Shown here in pieces: positions 25,637-33,489 of a stretch of 43,011 nucleotides of DNA. The DNA comes from a virus (lineage: Duplodnaviria > Caudoviricetes), in the IMG/VR virus record IMGVR_UViG_3300027711_000004, positions 1 through 43,011 of that record. One strand, 5' to 3'. Made by a program: the position numbers and the translations under genes. Within the stretch, counting starts at the first letter, position 1, and every line of letters starts with the position of its first letter. The notes below the pieces were generated by a model. The model searched no databases. It worked only from the letters and a program-made list of their open reading frames with translations, and was not told where the DNA came from.

Positions 25637-26686
25637 ATGGCACTACGCCCAAACAGATCACAAGCGCGCCAATTTGCTAAATTACTGAGCAAGTATGAGC
25701 CTGCTATCCGGCAGGCATTCATGCGCGCAGTGGTTGACTTGCACGCCAATGTCGATTGGCCAACACTTCTTTCTGCGCTTGAGTCAGGTTCGACGTTTAA
25801 CGCAGTGCAGGCGCTCAATATCAATGAAGGTGCGTTTAACGAATACAGCCAAGTATTGACCAGCGTTTTTGTTGAGTCTGGCACTGCCACGGCATCGTTA
25901 ATCGCTGGGTCGGGTCAAGGTGCTATTGGCCTGCGATTTAATCTACAAAACCCAGCGGCTGAAGAATGGATTCGGCAGAATGTCGCAACGCGTGTAGTTG
26001 GTTTTGTACAGGAGCAGGTCGAGACGGCTCGTGAGATTATCGCGGCGGGTTACATGGGTGGCAACCATCCGCACACTATCGCCCTTGACTTAGTTGGGCG
26101 CGTGGGTGCTGGTGGTGTGCGTGAGGGCGGCATACTGGGGTTGGACACACCAAGGGCAGAGAGGCTTGCTAATGTATCAGCTGGTATGCGTACGCCCGAG
26201 GGTGTTCAGTCGCTTGTTGTTAGGCGTACAGACGGAAGTCTTGGCATGCGTTACAAGGTCAATAAAGCCACAGAACAGCGAATCCTAGCGGCATATGCTA
26301 AGGGTGAAGCCGTACCCGCAGCGCAGCGCATTCTATCAGAGCGCCAGTACAGTAACGCACTATTAAAGGCGCGCGCAGACACCGTAGCGACCACAGAGAC
26401 CGCGGCCGCAGTTATGGGTGCGCGTGATAATGCGTGGGAGCAGGCAGCAGAGCAACAAGGTTTAAATCGCAGTGCAGTCGTTAAAACATGGCGGCATAGG
26501 CGCGGTGCCGATGGACGTATTACACATATTGAAATGGCGGGTGTGTCGGTCGTTGGGCTAGATACGCCGTTTGTGCTCAGTGACGGATCAGTGATGATGT
26601 ATCCGCACGACCCGGCGGGTGGGGCTAAGAATAACATAAACTGTGGTTGCGACTGCGAATATAGATTGATTAGATCAGTGAGTTGA
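25637..26686 (+). CDS. Head morphogenesis protein (SPP1 gp7 / Mu F-like)
   Basis: RA.TVA.TE, K.W.H....R.TH, M.YPHDP.....NNINCGC. Confidence 0.8.
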   Translation: MALRPNRSQARQFAKLLSKYEPAIRQAFMRAVVDLHANVDWPTLLSALESGSTFNAVQALNINEGAFNEYSQVLTSVFVESGTATASLIAGSGQGAIGLRFNLQNPAAEEWIRQNVATRVVGFVQEQVETAREIIAAGYMGGNHPHTIALDLVGRVGAGGVREGGILGLDTPRAERLANVSAGMRTPEGVQSLVVRRTDGSLGMRYKVNKATEQRILAAYAKGEAVPAAQRILSERQYSNALLKARADTVATTETAAAVMGARDNAWEQAAEQQGLNRSAVVKTWRHRRGADGRITHIEMAGVSVVGLDTPFVLSDGSVMMYPHDPAGGAKNNINCGCDCEYRLIRSVS

Positions 26687-26699
26687 TTGGAGCATAACT

Positions 26700-27134
26700 A
26701 TGGCCAGTTTTACAGAAACAATAGACGCGTGGGTCGCTCAAACCAAAGAGCGCTTAGATGCCGTGCATGGTCGCTCAGTCGAGTTATTAGGCGAGGAGCT
26801 AGCCAAGACCAAGCCAGAAGGTGGTCGTGTACCATTCCTGACTGGGAACCTTGCGCGCTCATTGCTCGCCAGTAAATCAGGTATGCCTAACACCACAGAC
26901 GGCCCTTATGCGGGAAGTAATATCGGCCTGATTGCTGCGACACTAAAAGCAGATGAGACGGTCTACATTGGTTACCAAGCGAATTACGCCGCACGCCAAA
27001 ACTTCGGATATGTTGGCGCAGATAGCCTCGGACGTGTGTATAATCAGCAAGGTAATTACTTTATCGAAGGCGCTGTGGCAGAATGGCCTAATATTGTTAA
27101 AAAAGCGGTCAGCGAGATCAAAGGTAAAACGTAA
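26700..27134 (+). CDS. Tail completion protein (HK97 gp10-like)
   Basis: P..TGNL.RS, ANYAAR..G motifs. Confidence 0.75.
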   Translation: MASFTETIDAWVAQTKERLDAVHGRSVELLGEELAKTKPEGGRVPFLTGNLARSLLASKSGMPNTTDGPYAGSNIGLIAATLKADETVYIGYQANYAARQNFGYVGADSLGRVYNQQGNYFIEGAVAEWPNIVKKAVSEIKGKT

Positions 27135-27151
27135 TACGTAATACGTAATAC
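27129..27151. repeat. Tandem repeat, 7 bp x3
   Basis: acgtaat x3 over the stop codon. Confidence 0.85.
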
Positions 27152-27162
27152 CAGCAAGGGAG

Positions 27163-27191
27163 TTGCTTTGCCGAAGGCGCTGTGGTAAAAT
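27163..27191 (+). promoter_or_regulatory. Putative internal promoter for tail genes
   Basis: TTGCTT 27163-27168, 17 bp, TG-n-TAAAAT 27186-27191 in an intergenic gap. Confidence 0.5.
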
Positions 27192-27240
27192 GGTCTAATA
27201 CCACCAAAACAGTGACCAGCGAGAACAAAGGTAAAACATA

Positions 27241-27648
27241 GTGCCAGCAATTGAAACGAAAATATGGTTAGCACTAAAGAACAGTGTCGAGGCACTGGGT
27301 TTATCACTACCTATCGCTTGGCCATCTGAGAAGTTTACAGCAGTGACTAGCGGCTATGTTCGCGTTGGTCATGTGTCAGCAGCACCAAATCCAGAGTTGA
27401 TCGCAGCTGGCAAAAAACATACACGGCGCGGGTTTTTAATGTTGACGCTGGTTATGCCAATGAACCAAAACAGTGTCGTTTTTATCGAGATGGCGGCCAG
27501 TATTGCCAGTCAGTTTAAAGAAGGCGCGAACGTGCGATACAATGATTTATGTGCCACTATTACATCAGCACCGCACGTTATGGACGGATACGAAGATGGT
27601 GGGTATTGGAACGTTCCTGTTAGAATTCCGTGGAGGACATTCGCATGA
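27241..27648 (+). CDS. Tail terminator (DUF4128-like)
   Basis: LPIAWP..F, VPVRIPWR; gene position. Confidence 0.72.
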   Translation: MPAIETKIWLALKNSVEALGLSLPIAWPSEKFTAVTSGYVRVGHVSAAPNPELIAAGKKHTRRGFLMLTLVMPMNQNSVVFIEMAASIASQFKEGANVRYNDLCATITSAPHVMDGYEDGGYWNVPVRIPWRTFA

Positions 27649-27866
27649 GTTGCAAAAACTGCGAAGAAAGGCGAAAATTAGCACGAGAAGCGCTTCTGCG
27701 CTCCGCTGTTGGCGAAACCATTATACACATTGCCAAGGGTGCTGCTGAAATGGCAGGCTTAAAGAAGAAAACCGCCATAGCCGAAAAGAAGGCAGTGGCA
27801 AAACGCAAATCCGGTGCTACCGGGAAAAAGACCGTCCCGGTCAACACTGAGCAGGAGCAAGACTAA
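27645..27866 (+). CDS. Small basic hypothetical protein (CxxC N-terminus)
   Basis: MSCKNCEERR; ATGA and TAATG overlaps with neighbours. Confidence 0.7.
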   Translation: MSCKNCEERRKLAREALLRSAVGETIIHIAKGAAEMAGLKKKTAIAEKKAVAKRKSGATGKKTVPVNTEQEQD

Positions 27867-28591
27867 TGGCTGACGAAATGCTATATACAATGGCGAATAC
27901 CAAGATTTTCATTAGTGAGAATCCGGTTAATTCCAAACTCGAAGTAACGCCCGCTGATTTCCAAGGTATCAACTGGATTGAAATTAAGGGGCTTTTTAAT
28001 GTTGGTGAGCTTGGCGGCGAACAAGCCGTTAACGAATACGAGCTGATCAACTCAGACTGGATGATGAAGTCGAAGAGTACGCGCAACGGCGGTACCATGA
28101 GCAACACGTTCATTCCGCTGCATCTCGACCCAGGTCAGGCTAAGTTCCGCGAGGCTATCGAAGACAAATGCCGTCCTTATGCTTTTCGCGTAGAGCGTGG
28201 TGCTGATTGCGCACCGGAAGCTGAAGTAACCATCAGCATTGCCGAACCCGGCGTTGTAACGTGGACTGCTCACGGCTTCCAAGCTGGCCAGCCCATCATG
28301 TTCAGCACAGAAGGCACTATGCCCACTGGCCTGACTGCTGGCACAGCTTACTACGTGGTTGCTGACGGCCTGACTGACGATACGTTCAGCGTGGCACTGA
28401 CACCGGGCGGCGCAGCTATTGAGACCACCGGCACTACCACCGGCGACATCATAGCTACCGCTCCGGCCGCTGGCATGACTGACCTATTCCAAGGGTTGGC
28501 GCTGGACGGTACTCGCTCTGGTGGTGCTAAAAACGATAACTACACCCGTGCCTTCGGTATCGCTGTGAACGGTCGCATTATCACCATCTAA
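27866..28591 (+). CDS. Major tail tube protein with inserted beta domain
   Basis: W.EI...N.GELGG, K..RNGG.M, LDPGQ tube motifs; insert TAHGF..G..I.F...G..PTGL..GT.YYV. Confidence 0.8.
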   Translation: MADEMLYTMANTKIFISENPVNSKLEVTPADFQGINWIEIKGLFNVGELGGEQAVNEYELINSDWMMKSKSTRNGGTMSNTFIPLHLDPGQAKFREAIEDKCRPYAFRVERGADCAPEAEVTISIAEPGVVTWTAHGFQAGQPIMFSTEGTMPTGLTAGTAYYVVADGLTDDTFSVALTPGGAAIETTGTTTGDIIATAPAAGMTDLFQGLALDGTRSGGAKNDNYTRAFGIAVNGRIITI

Positions 28592-28676
28592 CCGAAACCC
28601 CGTAATGGGGCTAGAGCTGGGACGGACTGGTTCACCGTCCCAAGCTCGACTTGAACCAAGAACCGGAGAATTAAAG

Positions 28677-29138
28677 ATGGACATTAATGACATTATTCTG
28701 AATGACGCTGCGCTCGAAGTTATCGACAACGGCGAATGGATTGAAGTGGACGAAGCGCCCGGTCTAGAGCTGCTGGTAACTGGTATGCAGGCAGACGCCG
28801 CTCGCAAGGCTATGAAAGCCCTTCAAGTCAAGGCTCGTTCGCAGTCACGTGGCAAGGCTTTGACCGAAGAGCAATACTCCAACATCACTAAAGAAGTATT
28901 GATAGAACATGTTCTTAAAGGTTGGCGTGGACTCAAGAATAACGGCGAAGACCTACCTTACAGCAAGGATATGGCGCGCAAGTTCATCATGAGCCGTGGC
29001 GGTGAACGCTTTACGGTGATGGTACTGAGCGCCGCTCAGCAACTGGACGACAATGCCAATGCATTTGTAGAACAAGTGGGAAAGCACTCGGCGCCAGCAT
29101 CCGATGGTCAGTCCAAAACCCAAAAGCCTCAGAGCTGA
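28677..29138 (+). CDS. Tail assembly chaperone (gpG-like)
   Basis: Between tube and tape measure; LKGWRG...GEDLPYS; ggag RBS. Confidence 0.8.
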   Translation: MDINDIILNDAALEVIDNGEWIEVDEAPGLELLVTGMQADAARKAMKALQVKARSQSRGKALTEEQYSNITKEVLIEHVLKGWRGLKNNGEDLPYSKDMARKFIMSRGGERFTVMVLSAAQQLDDNANAFVEQVGKHSAPASDGQSKTQKPQS

Positions 29139-29392
29139 TAGCGGCCTATCGTCATCATGGGGTTGACGTACCGCAAGGGCTAATACCGCCGGAGCTGAGC
29201 GATATAGAACAAGACTATTGGGTGGCTTTTTGGGATTTGGCGGGGGATAGACAAGACGGTGGGCCTATCTCATGGTTGGCGATATGGCAGTATTTTCAGG
29301 TCGAGGGTTTTGGTGACTTCCATACGTTTCAGCGTATAATCAAAAACATGGACAGCTTCTACATAAAGGCTGTTAATGAAAAGACTAAGTGA
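29078..29392 (+). CDS. -1 frameshift extension of tail chaperone (gpT-like)
   Basis: Slippery G GGA AAG at 29078-29084; -1 frame is open to TGA 29390-29392 (..FWDL..DR...GPISWLAIWQY..MD..Y). Confidence 0.8.
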   Translation, partial: GKALGASIRWSVQNPKASELIAAYRHHGVDVPQGLIPPELSDIEQDYWVAFWDLAGDRQDGGPISWLAIWQYFQVEGFGDFHTFQRIIKNMDSFYIKAVNEKTK

Positions 29393-29400
29393 GGTGATAG

Positions 29401-32151
29401 ATGGAGGCAGCGGCGCTAGGTTTAAGGGTTGATGGAGTCGATGGTATTGACCGCGCTTCGTCGTCCCTAGATCGCTTCACGAAAAGCAGTAAATCGGCTG
29501 ATGAGGCTTCTGGCGGCCTCGCGGCCGAGTCGCGCAATACCAGCAAATCATTAGCTGATGTTGCCAAGGAGGGCGACAAATCCTCCACCTCAATGTCTAA
29601 GCTCGCAGGAGCAGCCAAACTCGCAGCTGGTGCCTTTGCCGGCATAAAGCTCACCGCACTTATAAAAGATGCAACCATGGCCCACAGCCGATTTGATCAG
29701 CTGGGATTGGTTATGGACGTAGTGGGGCGCAATGCATCTCTGTCGCAAGATCAAGTTAACGCGTATGCCAAAGAAGTAGAGGCCATGGGTATATCCATGA
29801 CCGAATCACGGCAGACCGTTATTGGTATGATCTCTGCTCAGATGGATCTGACCAAGGCGAGCGAACTTGCCCGTCTAGCTCAGGACGCCGCTGTAGTTGC
29901 CAATACCAACTCGTCCGATGCTCTAGGCCGGCTGATAAACGGCCTGCAAACAGGCAACACCCTAATACTCCGCAATATGGGGTTAAACGTCAACTTCACC
30001 AAGAGCTACGAAGAGTTAGCTAAGCAGCTGGGAGTTACGGCCGACCAGCTAAGCGAGGTAGATAAAGTGCAAGCCCGAACCAATGCTGTGATGGCAGCGG
30101 GTGCGCAGATTGCGGGCGCTTATGAAGCATCTATGGAGAACGCAGGTAAACAGCTAGGGTCAACTACTCGCTATCTGCAAGACTTGGGCGTGATGTGGGG
30201 CGAGGTTTTCTCAGATGCAGCTAGAGAAGCCATCTTTGGGTACTCGGACGCACTTAAAGACATACACACTACAACCAAGCAGATGAGTGAGGATGGCACT
30301 CTTGCCCAGTGGAGCGAGAACATAGCGAAGGCCATGCGCTCTGCTGCCGATGTGGTCGCCATTGCCGCCATTGCGATTGGGAGCAGGCTTGTTGTGGCTG
30401 CTGGAGCATCTGCTGTGGCTTTCGCGGCGGCAAGAATAGAGGCGATCCGCTACCAGTTTGCGCTCGCGAGAATGACTGGCGTTTCAACGACTGCTGCCGT
30501 CCGCCTAACAGCTCTATCCTATGCGGCAAGAGGCGCTTCTGCAGCGATGGCTCTGGTCGGTGGACCCGCGGGTGCGGCCTTGCTCGCAGCGGGGGCTATT
30601 TATTACTTCGCTACGCGGGCAAGCGAGGCGGAGAGAGAATCAAAAGCGCTAGACAGCAGAATAAACAAACTAAACGGCAGCTTTAACAAGCTCAATGCCG
30701 ACCAAGCCGCCGCAGCAATTCTGGATTACGATGCTAAGCTGGCCTCTGCCACACGCTCAATGCAGACCGCTGAGGCTCGGGTATTTACGCTAAGTAAGAA
30801 CCTGAGAGAGTTCCCTAACTCCAAGAAGGCTGATGAGTGGGCTACAGATTTGGTCAGAGCCAAAGGGTCGGTAGCCGATGCAGCTGATGAGGTCAACAAG
30901 CTCAATGCCATTCTTGCCCAGCTGAATGGTATCGTGCAGTCAGGTGGTGCAAAAGAGTTATCAGACGACACCGAGACACTAACCGATACGGTAACAGAGC
31001 TAACCGACGCTCAGAAGGCACTCGCTACAGCACTCGATCAGACTCTAGCAGGTTACCACCGCCAGCTAAACCTTGCCAAGGACGCAACCGAGTCCGAGCA
31101 ACTGCTGTATGAAATTCAGCACGGTCGTCTGCAGGGGCTTCTACCTGCACAACAGAAGACGCTGGAGGGCATGGCTAAAGAACTGGATATGCGCAATAAA
31201 CTGGCGCAGGCCGAAGCCGACCAGAAGGACATCAACCGCGAGCGCGACGATATTGCACGCGAACTAATGACCGAAGAAGAAGCAATCCTAGCTTCCTATA
31301 AACGCCGCAAGGCCATTGTAGAGGCCGCCACGTTCGAGAACGAGCAGGCGCGTACCGAACTACTACTGCGACTTGAGAACGAGCGCAACGATGCTCTTAT
31401 CGAAGCAAACGGCACTTACTGGCAGCGCTGGCTGCTGGCGGCTGAGGATAGTTTGACCAACTTTAACGAGCTTGCCGGTAGCGTTGTAGAGCAGTTTTCC
31501 CGACAGTTCGGTGATGCTTTTGAGTCGATGGTATTCGATGCGGAAACCATGGCTGATGCCGTCCGGGGAATGGCTCAGAGTATGGCTCGCTCCGTGGTAA
31601 ACGCGCTTGGCCAGATGGCGGCGCAATGGTTGGCTTATCAGGCGGTGCAGCTTCTGGTTGGCAGAACAACTCAGGCCAGCGCCGTGGCGCAGACTACAGG
31701 TAATGCTTACGCCGGAGTTATGCAGGCGGGTATCAATGCTTACGCCAGCACTGCGGCAATCCCCATCGTGGGACCAGTAGCAGCCCCTGGAGCTATGGCA
31801 GCAGCTATCGCAGCGACGACGCCCATGGCAGCAGCCGCCAGTGCGTACTCGCTTATGGGTATGGCGCACGACGGTATCGACTCCGTACCTAAGACCGGCA
31901 CATGGTTGCTCGAAAAAGGCGAGCGAGTGATGACCAGCGAGACAAGCAAGAAGCTGGATGCCAAGCTTGAAGGTAGCAGCAACGTGGTGGTCAATCTATA
32001 CGAAGACGCCAGCAAGGCAGGACAGGTACAACAAGACCAGCGTGAAGATGGGTCAACGGAAATTAACATATTTGTGTCTGACATTATGAGTAATGGTCCG
32101 AGAGCTAAGGCCATGCAGCGGGCATACGGATTGAGGAGACAAGGCACATGA
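29401..32151 (+). CDS. Tape measure protein
   Basis: 916 aa, Ala-rich and helical; C-terminal GMAHDGIDSVPKTGTWLLEKGERV. Confidence 0.93.
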   Translation: MEAAALGLRVDGVDGIDRASSSLDRFTKSSKSADEASGGLAAESRNTSKSLADVAKEGDKSSTSMSKLAGAAKLAAGAFAGIKLTALIKDATMAHSRFDQLGLVMDVVGRNASLSQDQVNAYAKEVEAMGISMTESRQTVIGMISAQMDLTKASELARLAQDAAVVANTNSSDALGRLINGLQTGNTLILRNMGLNVNFTKSYEELAKQLGVTADQLSEVDKVQARTNAVMAAGAQIAGAYEASMENAGKQLGSTTRYLQDLGVMWGEVFSDAAREAIFGYSDALKDIHTTTKQMSEDGTLAQWSENIAKAMRSAADVVAIAAIAIGSRLVVAAGASAVAFAAARIEAIRYQFALARMTGVSTTAAVRLTALSYAARGASAAMALVGGPAGAALLAAGAIYYFATRASEAERESKALDSRINKLNGSFNKLNADQAAAAILDYDAKLASATRSMQTAEARVFTLSKNLREFPNSKKADEWATDLVRAKGSVADAADEVNKLNAILAQLNGIVQSGGAKELSDDTETLTDTVTELTDAQKALATALDQTLAGYHRQLNLAKDATESEQLLYEIQHGRLQGLLPAQQKTLEGMAKELDMRNKLAQAEADQKDINRERDDIARELMTEEEAILASYKRRKAIVEAATFENEQARTELLLRLENERNDALIEANGTYWQRWLLAAEDSLTNFNELAGSVVEQFSRQFGDAFESMVFDAETMADAVRGMAQSMARSVVNALGQMAAQWLAYQAVQLLVGRTTQASAVAQTTGNAYAGVMQAGINAYASTAAIPIVGPVAAPGAMAAAIAATTPMAAAASAYSLMGMAHDGIDSVPKTGTWLLEKGERVMTSETSKKLDAKLEGSSNVVVNLYEDASKAGQVQQDQREDGSTEINIFVSDIMSNGPRAKAMQRAYGLRRQGT

Positions 32152-32612
32152 CGCCAGAGCTAGACTTCCCTAAAGAGTTACCGCCTTTCCTGCGAGAGGG
32201 TTACGGCTTTAACCACGTACAACCGTTTGCTCGCACAGCTATGGCGACAGGTCGAGCACGTCAGCGACGCACGTTTCAGTCTGTGCCCAGCGTTTTACCA
32301 GCTAGCATCATTTTGAACGATACAGAGGCGCAACTTTTTGAATCATGGTTTGCCTACGATGCGATGGATGGCACCAAATGGTTTAACGCGACCATAAAGA
32401 CACCCGAAGGTCTGATGCCCTACGCCTGCCGGTTTACTGGCATGTATGAAGGTCCAGAGCTATGGGGTTCGTGTCTATGGAAATTCAGAATGCAGCTAGA
32501 AGTGTTCAAACGCCCCATAATCTCGTCGGAGTGGTACGAGTTTGGTCGAGAGTTTGTCATGGGTGCGGACATTATTGATCTAGCAGTCAATCGGGAGTGG
32601 CCGGAAGCATGA
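32148..32612 (+). CDS. Distal tail protein-like
   Basis: Directly after TMP; RT.M.TGRARQRR, FE.WF...G..WF. Confidence 0.75.
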   Translation: MTPELDFPKELPPFLREGYGFNHVQPFARTAMATGRARQRRTFQSVPSVLPASIILNDTEAQLFESWFAYDAMDGTKWFNATIKTPEGLMPYACRFTGMYEGPELWGSCLWKFRMQLEVFKRPIISSEWYEFGREFVMGADIIDLAVNREWPEA

Positions 32613-33094
32613 GCCTGATTGAAACCGTCTACGCCAGCGCACCGTCCGATCAGGTAATCCTGCCGACACTGGAAATACTTGTTCCCGGTGAAGATCCAAT
32701 ACGCGTAGTGGCAGCTTATGAAGACCTGACCGCCACACTCGAAACAAGTGAAACGGTGACGTTCAAGGCTGGACCATTTGAGTACAAAGAGCCAAGCAAG
32801 AACACCAACGGCCAACAAACGCTCACCTTCGCTATTGCCAACGTGACAGGCGAGGCACAGAAAGCCATAGACGCTGCGCTTGCCTCAGACGCCCATGTGC
32901 CAGTCAATTACCGCGTGTACCTATCAAGCGACTTGTCAGCGCCAGCAAAAGCGCCTTATAAGATGATCCTGCGCGGTGGTACTTTCGAGGGTATGGTGGT
33001 GATGGTGGAAGCGGGCTACTATGACCTATTGAATACCGCGTGGCCAAGGCGCAGGTATCTGGCAAGCGAGTTTCCGGGATTGCGATATATATGA
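32609..33094 (+). CDS. Minor tail protein (DUF1833-like)
   Basis: TLEI, L.FAI.NVTGE, YRVYLS.DL..P, N..WPR.RY...FPGL. Confidence 0.78.
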   Translation: MSLIETVYASAPSDQVILPTLEILVPGEDPIRVVAAYEDLTATLETSETVTFKAGPFEYKEPSKNTNGQQTLTFAIANVTGEAQKAIDAALASDAHVPVNYRVYLSSDLSAPAKAPYKMILRGGTFEGMVVMVEAGYYDLLNTAWPRRRYLASEFPGLRYI

Positions 33095-33489
33095 CACTAG
33101 ATGACCTGCTCAAAGTTCCGTATGTAGCCAATGGCCGTTTGCCAACAGGGGCAGACTGTTACGGTCTTGTTCGCTTGGCAAGGGTGCATCTGTTTGGCAA
33201 GCCTTGGATGCCTGAACACGGAGCAGTCGAGGGCAGTGACAAAAAGACACTAACTCGCGCCATGGAAAAAGAGGCGGTCAATTACAAAGAGTGCTCACCG
33301 CACCCCGGCGCGATTGCCTGCTGCTACCGTGGGAGGCTATGCACCCATATCGCCATCGTTGTTGAGGTGGATGGTAGACTCATGATTCTGGAAACCGACG
33401 AACCAGATCATTGCAAGAAAGGTCCAAGGATGGTACAATTGAAACAATTTGAGCGCCGATTTTTGAAGGTTGTCTACTATGACGATTAA
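33091..33489 (+). CDS. Tail-associated NlpC/P60 peptidase
   Basis: Y..NGR...GADCYGLV and THIAIV (Cys/His dyad). Confidence 0.8.
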   Translation: MTLDDLLKVPYVANGRLPTGADCYGLVRLARVHLFGKPWMPEHGAVEGSDKKTLTRAMEKEAVNYKECSPHPGAIACCYRGRLCTHIAIVVEVDGRLMILETDEPDHCKKGPRMVQLKQFERRFLKVVYYDD

